Assembly: GCA_023393715.1 (NCBI GenBank)
Contig: JAEXCD010000091.1
Coordinates: forward strand, 1 to 50,522
Direction of reading: 5' to 3'
Source: Bacillota bacterium
GTDB lineage: Bacteria > Bacillota > Clostridia > Tissierellales > Peptoniphilaceae
Length of the DNA: 50,522 bases
Below, piece after piece: positions 8,220 through 17,525 of this stretch. Numbering within the stretch: the stretch's first letter is position 1; each line of letters starts with the position of its first letter. The notes beneath the pieces are model-generated. The model had not been told where the DNA came from, ran no database searches, and was given only the letters and a program-made list of their open reading frames with translations. The position numbers and the translations under genes were made by a program.

Positions 8220-8681
8220 ATGGCTGGATTGACGAGCGAAATTGAGCGGTTTTTACTCGAAATGTTGGCCGATGCGCAGGACGGGGTTCTGGAGATCGGC
8301 CGGAACGATCTGGCGGAACACTTTAACTGTGCCCCGTCGCAGATCAATTATGTATTGACGACGCGCTTTACGCCGTATAAAGGATATTACATCGAGTCCA
8401 GAAGAGGCGGTTCGGGGTATATACGGATTATCCGGCTTCGCCGTCATTTGGAGGATACGGTGGAGGAGCTGCTGGAGGAAGTGGTGCAGGATCGGGTAAC
8501 CTGCGACAAGGCGCGCACCATTTTGCAGGCGCTGGAGGAGCAGGGGGCGATCAATCGGCGCGAATGTCGGTTGATGCAGCACGCGGTCGACGACAACGCA
8601 CTCCGGGAGGTGCCGGCGGATCAGCGGAATGCAGTGCGGGCGGGCGTATTAAAGAATATGCTGCTCGTGTTTCTGAGATAG
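8220..8681 (+). CDS. ctsR: CtsR, repressor of class III stress genes
   Basis: 153 aa with an N-terminal HTH region and the glycine-rich loop ESRRGGSGYIRI characteristic of CtsR. It has its own operator upstream and clpC downstream. Confidence 0.9.
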   Translation: MAGLTSEIERFLLEMLADAQDGVLEIGRNDLAEHFNCAPSQINYVLTTRFTPYKGYYIESRRGGSGYIRIIRLRRHLEDTVEELLEEVVQDRVTCDKARTILQALEEQGAINRRECRLMQHAVDDNALREVPADQRNAVRAGVLKNMLLVFLR

Positions 8682-8695
8682 GAGGGAGATGCGGC

Positions 8696-9190
8696 ATGCA
8701 ATGTGATTTTTGCTCGAACGAAGCGACGATCGAGATGGTAATGATCGTGGATGGGCAGGCACAGAAGGTTCGTATGTGCCCGTCCTGTTACAAAAAGAAA
8801 ATCGAGGAAATGGTCGAACAGCTTCCGAAGGAGTGGGGCGGTTCGCTGCTGGCGGAACAGCTCAAGGCCGTGTTTGAACAGCTGGACTCGGATGGACGCC
8901 TCGTCGGCGGCCTGGAAATGCGCATTACGCGAGAGGTCGGTGAGCACGGCGAAATGATGAACGTGGAAAAAATGGAGCGGCGCGGTACGGCGGAGAGCGC
9001 GCGGGAGCGGGCCTTTGAGGAGCAGCTTCGCAGCCTGAAGCGACAGCGCGTTGAAGCGACGCGCGCAATGGAGCAGGCGCTGGCCGAAGAGGATTACGAG
9101 GCCTGTGCAAAATACCGCGACCGCATCGCCGAAATCGGCGAGGAGCTGATCCGCCTGAACGAGGAGAGGAAGGATCCCTATGGAGTATAA
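8696..9190 (+). CDS. UVR-motif / zinc-ribbon protein, McsA-like
   Basis: CDFC...CPSC zinc ribbon at the N-terminus and a C-terminal UvrB/UvrC (UVR) motif EEDYEACAKYRDRIAEI. It sits between ctsR and clpC. ATG 8696 follows GGAGGGA; the ORF-track start 8564 lies inside ctsR. Confidence 0.7.
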   Translation: MQCDFCSNEATIEMVMIVDGQAQKVRMCPSCYKKKIEEMVEQLPKEWGGSLLAEQLKAVFEQLDSDGRLVGGLEMRITREVGEHGEMMNVEKMERRGTAESARERAFEEQLRSLKRQRVEATRAMEQALAEEDYEACAKYRDRIAEIGEELIRLNEERKDPYGV

Positions 9191-11678
9191 AAGAACACCC
9201 TTGCAGGCTCTGATGCAATTAGCGGCGGCGGAAAGCTACTCGCTGCGCAGCGATTCAATCGAGGTCGAGCATGTTTTATTGGCGATGATGAAGACGGCGG
9301 GGCCGGAGACGGAAGCGCTGACGCGCGCCGGCGCCAACTATAATACACTTCGCAAAGTAATTCTCAGCAATTCCGAGCCGGGGACGGCGACGCAGCCGCC
9401 GACACAGGCTTCCTCCGGGCTGCGCCGACTGCTGGATCAGGCGCGGCAGATCGCGGCGCAAAACGGAGAGAAGGAGGTGTGGGCGGAATATGTCCTTTTG
9501 GGCATGCTCAACGATCGCTCCAGCATGGTTTCCGTGATGCTGACGGTGGCGGACATCGATAAACAGCAGATTTATCAGACGCTGATCAGCCGCATCCAGG
9601 AGGGGCGCAAGGCCGAGGATGAATCGAATCTCGCAAAATACGGAAAGGATTTGAATGAACAGGCGCGGCAGGGCAAGATTGATCCCGTGATCGGGCGTCA
9701 GGAGGAGATCAACCGCGTGATTCAGATTCTGTCGCGCCGGACAAAGAACAATCCGGTGCTGATCGGCGAACCGGGCGTTGGGAAAACCGCCATCGCCGAG
9801 GGGCTGGCACAGCGCATCGTATCGGGGGATATCCCGGATATCATGAAAAAAAAGACCGTCTTCTCCATCGACATGTCGTCCATGGTGGCGGGGACGAAGT
9901 ACCGCGGCGATTTCGAGCAGCGTCTGAACGACACGATTGCGGAACTGATGAAGCGAGAGGACATGATCGTCTTTATCGATGAGCTGCACACCATCATCGG
10001 CGCAGGCAGTGCGGAGGGAACGCTCGATGCGTCGAATATTCTGAAGCCGGCGCTGGCAAAGGGAGCGCTTCAGGTGATCGGCGCGACGACGGTCGAGGAA
10101 TACCGGCAAAAAATCGAAAAGGACGCGGCGCTGGAAAGGCGGTTTCAGCCGGTCATGGTCGAGGAGCCGTCGCGCAGCGAGGCAATCGACATCATTCGCG
10201 GCCTGAAGTCCCGGTACGAACAGTTTCATCAGGTTCGCATGGGCGATGATGCGATTCAGGCGGCTGTGGAGCTGACGGATCGCTATCTGACGGACCGTTT
10301 TTTGCCCGACAAGGCGATCGACGTGCTGGATGAAGCACAGGCGCGGGTTCGCGTAAATTCCTTCCATATCGCGCCGGAGCTGCTTGCGATGGAGGAGCAT
10401 CGGAAGCAGCTTGAGGAAGAAAAAACGAAGGCGGCGCTGACGCAGGATTTTGAGCGCGCGGCGGCGCTTCGCGATGAGCTGCAAACACTGGAAAAGAGCT
10501 ATCAGGAGCACGTTCAGCTGCTCAAGCAGGAGCCCGGGCATTGGCCGATGATCGGCTACGACGATGTGGCGCATGTCGTGTCGCAGTGGGCAAAGGTGCC
10601 GGTAACGCGTTTGACCGAAAAAGAGAGCGATCGGTATCTGCATCTGGCAGAGGAATTGAAAAAACGGGTCATCGGGCAGGATTATGCCGTCGATACCGTG
10701 GCGTCGGCGATCAAGCGGGCGCGCGTCGGCTTGAAAGCGCCGAACCGACCGATCGGTACCTTTATTTTTGTCGGGCCGACGGGCGTCGGAAAGACATACC
10801 TTGCCAAGGCGATCGCTCAAAGTCTGTTCGGCGATGAGAACAGCCTGATTCGCATCGATATGTCGGAATACATGGAAAAATATTCCGTTTCCCGTTTAGT
10901 AGGCGCGGCGCCGGGCTATGTGGGATACGAAGAGGGCGGACAGCTGACGGAGGCGGTTCGCTCCAAGCCGTACTCGGTGGTTCTGTTTGATGAAATCGAG
11001 AAGGCGCATCCCGATGTATTTAACCTCCTGCTGCAGCTTCTGGACGATGGGCGGCTGACCGACAGCAAGGGGCGCACGGTGGATTTTCGAAATACCGTCG
11101 TTATCCTGACGTCGAATGTGGGCGCGACTCGTTTGGAAAAATCGAACCGTCTGGGCTTCGGCAGCAGTGAACATATCGAGCAGGACGAGTATGAACGCAT
11201 GACGGAAATTGTGCACGAAAGTCTGAAGCAGACGTTCCGCCCGGAGTTTTTGAATCGACTGGATGATACGGTGCTGTTCCATCGGCTGAGCGAGGAATCC
11301 ACCCTGCAGATCGCAAAGCTTTTGCTCGACGAGCTGCTGGAGCGCATGCAGGCGCAGGGCTATGATCTCCGCTATACGCCGACTGTCGCACAGCATTTGG
11401 CGAAAGAGGGCTATAGCGCGGATTTCGGTGCGCGCCCGCTTGAGCGGGAGATTCGCTCCCGCGTTGAAAATCTGCTGGCTGAAAAAATTCTTTCCGGTGA
11501 GATGAAGCAGGGCGTGTCGTATGAGCTGCGCCTGCACAGGCAGGAGATTGTCATCGAAGAGAATCGCCGGGGAAGACGGAAAACGCAGTCGGCACGCGGA
11601 GAGACCTCCGGGGAAGCCGCACTGGTCGGCGCGCAGGAGGCGGAGCGGGAACAGCTGAGCGTTTCGGTGGAAAAGTGA
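9180..11678 (+). CDS. clpC: ATP-dependent Clp protease ATP-binding subunit ClpC
   Basis: Clp_N repeats and two AAA+ modules (GEPGVGKT/IVFIDELH and GPTGVGKT/VVLFDEIEKAH). UVR-like M-domain (DFERAAALRDEL) and ClpP-docking loop LGFG. Overlaps the upstream gene by 11 nt. Confidence 0.9.
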   Translation: MEYKRTPLQALMQLAAAESYSLRSDSIEVEHVLLAMMKTAGPETEALTRAGANYNTLRKVILSNSEPGTATQPPTQASSGLRRLLDQARQIAAQNGEKEVWAEYVLLGMLNDRSSMVSVMLTVADIDKQQIYQTLISRIQEGRKAEDESNLAKYGKDLNEQARQGKIDPVIGRQEEINRVIQILSRRTKNNPVLIGEPGVGKTAIAEGLAQRIVSGDIPDIMKKKTVFSIDMSSMVAGTKYRGDFEQRLNDTIAELMKREDMIVFIDELHTIIGAGSAEGTLDASNILKPALAKGALQVIGATTVEEYRQKIEKDAALERRFQPVMVEEPSRSEAIDIIRGLKSRYEQFHQVRMGDDAIQAAVELTDRYLTDRFLPDKAIDVLDEAQARVRVNSFHIAPELLAMEEHRKQLEEEKTKAALTQDFERAAALRDELQTLEKSYQEHVQLLKQEPGHWPMIGYDDVAHVVSQWAKVPVTRLTEKESDRYLHLAEELKKRVIGQDYAVDTVASAIKRARVGLKAPNRPIGTFIFVGPTGVGKTYLAKAIAQSLFGDENSLIRIDMSEYMEKYSVSRLVGAAPGYVGYEEGGQLTEAVRSKPYSVVLFDEIEKAHPDVFNLLLQLLDDGRLTDSKGRTVDFRNTVVILTSNVGATRLEKSNRLGFGSSEHIEQDEYERMTEIVHESLKQTFRPEFLNRLDDTVLFHRLSEESTLQIAKLLLDELLERMQAQGYDLRYTPTVAQHLAKEGYSADFGARPLEREIRSRVENLLAEKILSGEMKQGVSYELRLHRQEIVIEENRRGRRKTQSARGETSGEAALVGAQEAEREQLSVSVEK

Positions 11679-11685
11679 GGCGGAC

Positions 11686-13119
11686 ATGGCGAAAAAAGTG
11701 GGTTATGTGTGCAGCGCCTGTGGCCATGAGGAATCGAATTGGGTGGGGCGCTGTCCCGCCTGCGGTGAATGGGGTACGCTGGAGGAGACGCTGAAGGAAC
11801 GCGCCCCCGCAAAGGCGGGGGCGCGAACCGCCGCGCGGCGTTCCAGGCGTCTGAAGGATATCTCGTCGGCCACCTCCGAGCGGTGGAGCACGGGGTATGA
11901 CGAGCTGAACCGCGTCCTGGGCGGCGGACTGGTGCGCGATTCCGTTACGATGCTGACGGCAAAGCCGGGCGCAGGAAAGAGCACGCTGCTGCTGCAGGCG
12001 GCGGGGCGCTTTGCGTCATCGGGCGTGCGCTGCCTGTACGCGTCGGGAGAGGAGAGCGAAGCGCAGATCAAATCCCGCGCGCTGCGCATACTGCCCGAGG
12101 AGAGCGAAGAGCTTTTTTTAATTTCGACCAATTCCATGGACGACGTGATTGAGGAGTGCCGCCGGTTGAAGCCGAAGGTATTGTTTCTCGACAGCGTGCA
12201 GACGATGGCGCTTTCCGAATACGCTCAGCGTCCGGGCACGCCGACGCAGACCGTTCAGGTTACGGCGTCGCTCGTCGATTTGTGCAAGGACGCAAACGCG
12301 CCGATGGCGGCATTCCTTATCGGACATATGACCAAGGGGGAGGAGATGGCGGGCCTGCGCACGCTGGAGCACCTCGTCGATACGGTGCTTTATCTCGATA
12401 CCGGCGCCGATGACAGCATCCGCATGCTGCGTTCGACGAAAAACCGCTTTGGACGAACGGGCGAGATGGGGCTGTTTCAGATGGAAGAGGAGGGGCTGAT
12501 CGAGGTGACGGATCCCTATGCCCTGTTTCTGACCAAAAGACAAATTCCCGTTCCGGGCGCGGCGGTTTCACTGCAGCAGGAGGGCTCGCGGTTTATTCCG
12601 ATCGAGGTGGAGGCGCTGGTTTCGCCGGCGACGGGAGCGTATCCGATTCGCATCGGGGACAGCCTGAAACGGGACGTGCTTACGACGCTGGTCAGCATTT
12701 TAGAGCAGCGGGCGGGGCAGCGTCTGTCCGACAAGGATGTGGTGCTCAAGGTGACCGGAGGACTGTCTATTTTTGAAAAAACCTGCGATCTGGCGGTGCT
12801 CGCCGCCATTGTTTCGGCAAGGTGTAATCGGGCGATTTCCGGAGGAGATGTATTTTTAGCGGAGGTAGGGCTCACGGGAGAGCTGAAGCACGTACATCAG
12901 CTGGAACGAAGACTCGTCGAGCTGGATCGGTTGGGATTTCAGCGTGCCTTTGTCGCGCCGGAGGAGAAGCTGCCGACGCTGCAGGGGCTGAAAATCGTAC
13001 CCTGTCGGACGGCTGCAGACGTATTTTCGGTGCTGTTTGGCGGAGAAAACCGGAAAAAGAGCATTGTCGCGACGGATGCGGCGATCACGGCGGAAGCGGG
13101 GTGCGTTGAGGCTCATTAA
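11686..13119 (+). CDS. radA: DNA repair protein RadA/Sms
   Basis: Zinc ribbon CSACGHEESNWVGRCPACGEWG, Walker A GAGKST, the KNRFG motif and a Lon-protease-like C-terminal domain. Conserved position after clpC. Confidence 0.9.
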   Translation: MAKKVGYVCSACGHEESNWVGRCPACGEWGTLEETLKERAPAKAGARTAARRSRRLKDISSATSERWSTGYDELNRVLGGGLVRDSVTMLTAKPGAGKSTLLLQAAGRFASSGVRCLYASGEESEAQIKSRALRILPEESEELFLISTNSMDDVIEECRRLKPKVLFLDSVQTMALSEYAQRPGTPTQTVQVTASLVDLCKDANAPMAAFLIGHMTKGEEMAGLRTLEHLVDTVLYLDTGADDSIRMLRSTKNRFGRTGEMGLFQMEEEGLIEVTDPYALFLTKRQIPVPGAAVSLQQEGSRFIPIEVEALVSPATGAYPIRIGDSLKRDVLTTLVSILEQRAGQRLSDKDVVLKVTGGLSIFEKTCDLAVLAAIVSARCNRAISGGDVFLAEVGLTGELKHVHQLERRLVELDRLGFQRAFVAPEEKLPTLQGLKIVPCRTAADVFSVLFGGENRKKSIVATDAAITAEAGCVEAH

Positions 13120-13136
13120 AAAAACGGGATAAAGGA

Positions 13137-13165
13137 TTGACGATAAGAGGCTCTTACGATAAAAT
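13137..13165 (+). promoter_or_regulatory. Putative sigma-A promoter (distal) for carD
   Basis: TTGACG (13137-13142), 17 nt, TAAAAT (13160-13165). Confidence 0.45.
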
Positions 13166-13173
13166 ATCGTATT

Positions 13174-13203
13174 TTGACGTTTCCGGTTTTCTTGAAGTAT
13201 AAT
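13174..13203 (+). promoter_or_regulatory. Putative sigma-A promoter (proximal) for carD
   Basis: TTGACG (13174-13179), 18 nt, TATAAT (13198-13203). Confidence 0.5.
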
Positions 13204-13225
13204 AGGAGCATCGGAGGTGATCGGA

Positions 13226-13714
13226 ATGTATCATATCGGAGACCGGATTGTGTACCCGATGCATGGGGCGGGAACGATTACGGGGATTGAAGATAAGGAA
13301 ATTCTTGGAGAAGAGCGCAAGTACTATATTATGAAGATGCCGATTTCGAACATTAAGATTTCGATTCCGGTGGATAATATCGATCGGATCGGCATTCGTC
13401 CGGTGATGAGCGAGGAGGACGGCCTGCGTGTGATGGAAATTTTGCGCGAGGAATCGAGCAAAATGTCGAGCAATTGGAGTCAGCGCTACCGGGAGAATCT
13501 GGAAAATCTGAAGACCGGCGATCCCTTTGAGATTGCGGAAATCGTGCGCAATCTCCAGCTCCGCGATATGGAGAAGGGGCTTTCGACCTCGGAGAAAAAA
13601 ATGTTGAATTCGAGCAAACGGATGCTCGTGTCCGAGCTGGTGATTATCGGTTCGATGAGCGTAGAAGAAGCGCAGAATCTGATCGATGAGGCGATCTCAT
13701 TGGATGAGGATTAG
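13226..13714 (+). CDS. carD: CarD/CdnL family RNA polymerase-binding transcription regulator
   Basis: YHIGDRIVYPMHGAGTI...ERKYYIMK matches the CarD_CdnL_TRCF domain. ATG 13226 lies 8 nt after GGAGG; the ORF-track start 13217 is a GTG. Confidence 0.85.
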   Translation: MYHIGDRIVYPMHGAGTITGIEDKEILGEERKYYIMKMPISNIKISIPVDNIDRIGIRPVMSEEDGLRVMEILREESSKMSSNWSQRYRENLENLKTGDPFEIAEIVRNLQLRDMEKGLSTSEKKMLNSSKRMLVSELVIIGSMSVEEAQNLIDEAISLDED

Positions 13715-13734
13715 GCGTTAGAAAAAGAGGTGCT

Positions 13735-14862
13735 ATGAGAAGGTTAGTTCGTATTTTGATCTCGGTACTGGCGGCGGCGCTCGGTGTCGCGGTCGTCGCT
13801 GTACTGAGCGCGATTGGCCTGCTTCCTGTGATGTCGCTGCAGTGGCGTTTGGCGGTGTACATCACGGCGGGTGTGGTGGGCTTTATCATTGGTTTTCTGG
13901 TGGCGCCGAAGATGATCCGTGTCGGTAATACGCGCATGGAGGTGTTCGCCGGAAAGCTGGAACGCATTCCCGCCTCGGATGTCGTGCTGGGCACGGCCGG
14001 ACTGGTGATCGGCTTTCTTCTCGCGAGCCTGCTGAGTTCGCCGATTGCACAGCTCAGTATCCCCTTTGTCGGGAATGTCGTCGGAGTCATCCTGTCGGTG
14101 ATTCTGTACATCGTGTTGGGTCTGTTGGGTATTCGGCTGGCGTTGAAAAATAAGGAAGATATTCTCTCCGGATTTCACCGCCTTAAGGAGAGCTCGTCGG
14201 AACGCCGGCAGGCGCGAAATGAGCGCAAGGGAAACGCGCAGGAAGCGGCGGAGGAGAAACCGGCGGCAGCAGCAGGGATACCAAAAATTTTGGATACCTC
14301 AGTCATTATCGACGGGCGCATTGCCGAGGTGATCGAGACGGGCTTTTTAGAGGGGCCGTTGGTCGTGTCGAACTACGTGCTGGAGGAGCTGCAGCATATC
14401 GCCGACTCATCGGATCATCTGCGCCGGGAGCGCGGACGGCGGGGTCTGGATATCATCAATCGCATCCAGACGAGCGGCCGGATTGAGGTTCGTATCGATA
14501 ATCGGACGATCAATACGCCGAAGGAGGTCGATGCAAAGCTGTTGGTGCTGACGACCAAGCTCCGCGGATGTATCGTAACCAATGACTATAATTTGAATAA
14601 AGTCGCCGCAGTACAGGGCATTACCGTGCTGAATATCAACGATCTGGCGAATGCGCTGCGACCGGTGGTGATTCCGGGCGAGCGGATGCGGCTGCACGTA
14701 TTGAAGGAGGGCAAAGAGCCGGATCAGGGTCTGGCGTACCTGGAAGACGGAACCATGGTCGTTATTGAAAACGGACGGGAATACATCGGGCAAACCGTAG
14801 ACGCGGTGGTGACCTCGGTTTTGCAGACGGCAGCCGGAAAAATGATTTTTGTGCGCGTTTGA
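13735..14862 (+). CDS. Membrane-anchored PIN/TRAM domain protein (YacL-like)
   Basis: Four N-terminal TM helices, a PIN domain (ILDTSVIIDGRI...TNDYNLNKVA) and a C-terminal TRAM-like beta domain. Same relative position as B. subtilis yacL downstream of radA. Confidence 0.8.
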   Translation: MRRLVRILISVLAAALGVAVVAVLSAIGLLPVMSLQWRLAVYITAGVVGFIIGFLVAPKMIRVGNTRMEVFAGKLERIPASDVVLGTAGLVIGFLLASLLSSPIAQLSIPFVGNVVGVILSVILYIVLGLLGIRLALKNKEDILSGFHRLKESSSERRQARNERKGNAQEAAEEKPAAAAGIPKILDTSVIIDGRIAEVIETGFLEGPLVVSNYVLEELQHIADSSDHLRRERGRRGLDIINRIQTSGRIEVRIDNRTINTPKEVDAKLLVLTTKLRGCIVTNDYNLNKVAAVQGITVLNINDLANALRPVVIPGERMRLHVLKEGKEPDQGLAYLEDGTMVVIENGREYIGQTVDAVVTSVLQTAAGKMIFVRV

Positions 14863-14892
14863 GAGCGCTTCGTCTTTATTTGAATTTATGCG

Positions 14893-14927
14893 CAGCTTCG
14901 AGACACTGTTTCGAAGCTGTTTTTTTT
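14893..14927 (+). terminator. Intrinsic terminator
   Basis: CAGCTTCGA (14893-14901) pairs with TCGAAGCTG (14911-14919), followed by an 8-T run. Confidence 0.75.
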
Positions 14928-14976
14928 GTCGCGAGAGAATTGATCGGCAAAAAACCGCTTGTTCCGTTGAAATAAA

Positions 14977-14999
14977 TATGATATGATTTTGATATCATA
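14977..14999. promoter_or_regulatory. AT-rich inverted repeat in the promoter region of the SPFH-RHH operon (candidate operator)
   Basis: TATGATAT (14977-14984), 7 nt, ATATCATA (14992-14999). It overlaps an extended -10-like TGaTATCAT and follows TTGAAA (14967-14972). Confidence 0.35.
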
Positions 15000-15015
15000 A
15001 AACCGGGAGGAAATC

Positions 15016-16020
15016 ATGAAAGAAATCGTCTTGAACCGTAAAAAGAACGGGATGCTCGTCCTGATATTGGTCGTGCTGGGCTATGTGTCAGCGATTGCAG
15101 GCGTCGTTTTTGGCGCAATGCGGATCGAGGCGGGCGCATCGCCTCTGCTTCTTATCCTGTCGGTCGTCGTTTTGTCGCTTTTGTGGATCCTGTTATTGGG
15201 GCTTAAGGTGATTAAGCCTCAGGAAGCGCTTGTCCTGACGTTGTTCGGAAAGTACCTCGGCACCCTGCGCGAGGCGGGATTTTACTTTGTCAATCCGTTT
15301 TGCCGTGCGATCAATCCGGCGGCGAAGACCCGACTCCAGCAGAGCGGTGATGTGGGGACGGTCGCGGCAGCGCTGAGCAACATGAAGCTTCCATTGAATC
15401 ATCCGGATGAGAAAATTTCGCTGAAGGTGATGACGCTGAACAACAACCGCCAAAAGGTCAATGACTGTCTGGGCAATCCTGTGGAAATCGGCATTGCCGT
15501 GACCTGGCGCGTGCTCGATACGGCGAAGGCAGTCTTTAACGTGCATAACTATATGGAGTTTCTGTCGCTCCAGTGCGACAGCTCGCTTCGCAGCATCGTT
15601 CGCATCTATCCGTACGACATTGCGCCGAATGTCGACACGACCGGCGACGGCATCGCAGATGAGGGAAGTCTGCGCGGATCGAGCGAGATCGTTGCTGCGC
15701 GCATCCGCGAGGAGATTCAGAGAAAGGTCGAGGAGGCGGGGCTGGAAATTATTGAAGCGCGGATCACCTATCTGGCCTATGCGCCCGAGATCGCTGCAGT
15801 GATGCTCCAGCGCCAGCAGGCGTCGGCAATTATCGACGCGCGGAAAATGATTGTGGACGGCGCCGTCGGGATGGTCGAGATGGCGTTAGAGCGGCTGAAG
15901 GAGAATCAGGTTGTTACATTGGATGAGGAGCGCAAAGCGGCCATGGTCTCCAATCTGCTGGTCGTCTTATGCGGCAACCATGATGCGCAGCCCATCGTAA
16001 ATTCGGGAAGCCTGTACTGA
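15016..16020 (+). CDS. SPFH/Band-7 domain membrane protein
   Basis: Two N-terminal TM helices, then a stomatin/prohibitin-like core ([16 protein letters not shown]..., [27 protein letters not shown]). GGGAGG RBS. Confidence 0.8.
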   Translation: MKEIVLNRKKNGMLVLILVVLGYVSAIAGVVFGAMRIEAGASPLLLILSVVVLSLLWILLLGLKVIKPQEALVLTLFGKYLGTLREAGFYFVNPFCRAINPAAKTRLQQSGDVGTVAAALSNMKLPLNHPDEKISLKVMTLNNNRQKVNDCLGNPVEIGIAVTWRVLDTAKAVFNVHNYMEFLSLQCDSSLRSIVRIYPYDIAPNVDTTGDGIADEGSLRGSSEIVAARIREEIQRKVEEAGLEIIEARITYLAYAPEIAAVMLQRQQASAIIDARKMIVDGAVGMVEMALERLKENQVVTLDEERKAAMVSNLLVVLCGNHDAQPIVNSGSLY

Positions 16021-16223
16021 TGGCGGACGGAAATAAAAAGCAGGTTCCGCTGCGTTTATCGCCGAAATTGTACGAAGCCATTGCGGCATGGGCGGAGGAT
16101 GATTTTCGTTCGGTGAACGGGCAGATCGAATATTTGCTGACAGAGTGCGTACGGCAACGCAAAAAAACGGGCGGCGGTCCGCCGAGGGAGCTGGACGTCC
16201 CGCCGGAGTTCGATTTGTCATAA
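16020..16223 (+). CDS. Arc-type ribbon-helix-helix DNA-binding protein
   Basis: VPLRLSPKLYEAIAAWAEDDFRSVNGQIEYLL parallels phage P22 Arc (FNLRWPREVLDLVRKVAEENGRSVNSEIYQRV). The ATG overlaps the SPFH stop (TGATG), implying translational coupling. Confidence 0.7.
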   Translation: MADGNKKQVPLRLSPKLYEAIAAWAEDDFRSVNGQIEYLLTECVRQRKKTGGGPPRELDVPPEFDLS

Positions 16224-16379
16224 GAAAGAGGGACAGCATTTTGCTCGATTTTCAGGTACCGCAGAACCGAGAGCGGCTTGAAAAACGTGCAGATTTGCTG
16301 CCCCCGTTTTTTTTGTATACAGGTTTACTTCAATTTCCGCGGCACACCAAGTACAATGAAGAGAGATGGAGGAGAAGCC

Positions 16380-17525
16380 ATGAAAATAATTCACTTATCC
16401 GATCTTCATTTGGGAAAAATGCTGTATGATTTTTCTCTGCTGGAGGATCAGGCATACATTTTGCAGCAGATTTTAGCAATCGTCGATGAGCAGGCTCCGG
16501 ATGCGGTGCTGATCTCCGGCGATGTATACGATCGCTCGATCGCGCCGGTCGAGGCGCTCCGGCTCTTTGAGGATTTCCTGATTCAGCTGACCCATCGGCG
16601 CGTGCAGGTATATGTTATCGGAGGAAATCACGATTCCGCCGATCGGTTGTCCTTCGGCGCTCCACTGATGGAGCAAACCGGCGTCCACATCACCGGAAAT
16701 TATGAAGGCCGCGTAGCGCACTGGACGCTTTTCGACGAACACGGAGCGGTGACATTCTATCTGCTGCCTTTTGTAAAGCCGCTTCAGGTGCGGCGCTTTT
16801 TCCCCGATGAAGCGATTGAGAGCTGGACGGATGCGCTGCGCGCCGTGCTAAACGCCGCATCGCCGGATCCGGCGCACCGAAATGTTCTGCTGGCACACCA
16901 GTTTGTTACGGGCGCCGTGCGAAGCGATTCGGAGGAGATTTCGGTCGGCGGCGCGGATAATGTCGATGCGGGCGTGTTTGACGCCTTTGATTACGTCGCG
17001 CTCGGGCATATTCATGCGCCGCAGTCGGTTGCCCGCCCCGAGGTCCGGTACTGCGGGACGCCGCTGAAATATTCTTTTTCGGAGGTCGATCAGCAAAAAT
17101 CCGTCACAGTGGTGGAGCTGGGCGAAAAAGGGACGATTGATATCCGAACCGTTCCCCTGACGCCAAAGCGTGAGCTGCGCGAGCTGCGGGGGACCTATCT
17201 CGAGCTGTCCAGCCGGGCGTTTTATGAGGAGCTGAGCAGGGAGGATTACTATCGCATTATTCTGACGGATGAGGAAGATCCCATCGACGCGCTGGCGAAG
17301 CTGCGCCTCATCTATCCCCGCCTGATGCGCCTGGACTATGACAACCGGCGGACACGGGCGCAGGCGGATTTTTCCGACATGGAGAAGGCGCCGGAGCTTT
17401 CGCCGCCGGAGCTGTTCGAGGAGCTGTATCGAATGCAAAACGGCGCTGACTTTTCACCGAAGCAGCGCGAGTATACGCGAGCGACGATGGAGGAGATATG
17501 GAGGGCAGAATATGAGACCTGTTGA
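16380..17525 (+). CDS. sbcD: Exonuclease SbcD (Mre11-like nuclease subunit)
   Basis: Calcineurin-like phosphoesterase motifs MKIIHLSDLHLG, GDVYD, GGNHD and GHIH. ATG 16380 follows GGAGGAG; the ORF-track start 16278 has no RBS. Confidence 0.85.
   Translation: MKIIHLSDLHLGKMLYDFSLLEDQAYILQQILAIVDEQAPDAVLISGDVYDRSIAPVEALRLFEDFLIQLTHRRVQVYVIGGNHDSADRLSFGAPLMEQTGVHITGNYEGRVAHWTLFDEHGAVTFYLLPFVKPLQVRRFFPDEAIESWTDALRAVLNAASPDPAHRNVLLAHQFVTGAVRSDSEEISVGGADNVDAGVFDAFDYVALGHIHAPQSVARPEVRYCGTPLKYSFSEVDQQKSVTVVELGEKGTIDIRTVPLTPKRELRELRGTYLELSSRAFYEELSREDYYRIILTDEEDPIDALAKLRLIYPRLMRLDYDNRRTRAQADFSDMEKAPELSPPELFEELYRMQNGADFSPKQREYTRATMEEIWRAEYETC

Noticed and set aside
9276-10820. 514-aa ORF antisense to clpC
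   Set aside because: The sense strand carries unambiguous ClpC AAA+ motifs. The antisense translation is Arg/Leu/Pro-rich low-complexity sequence with no RBS or recognisable domain. Long open antisense frames are expected in GC-rich coding DNA.
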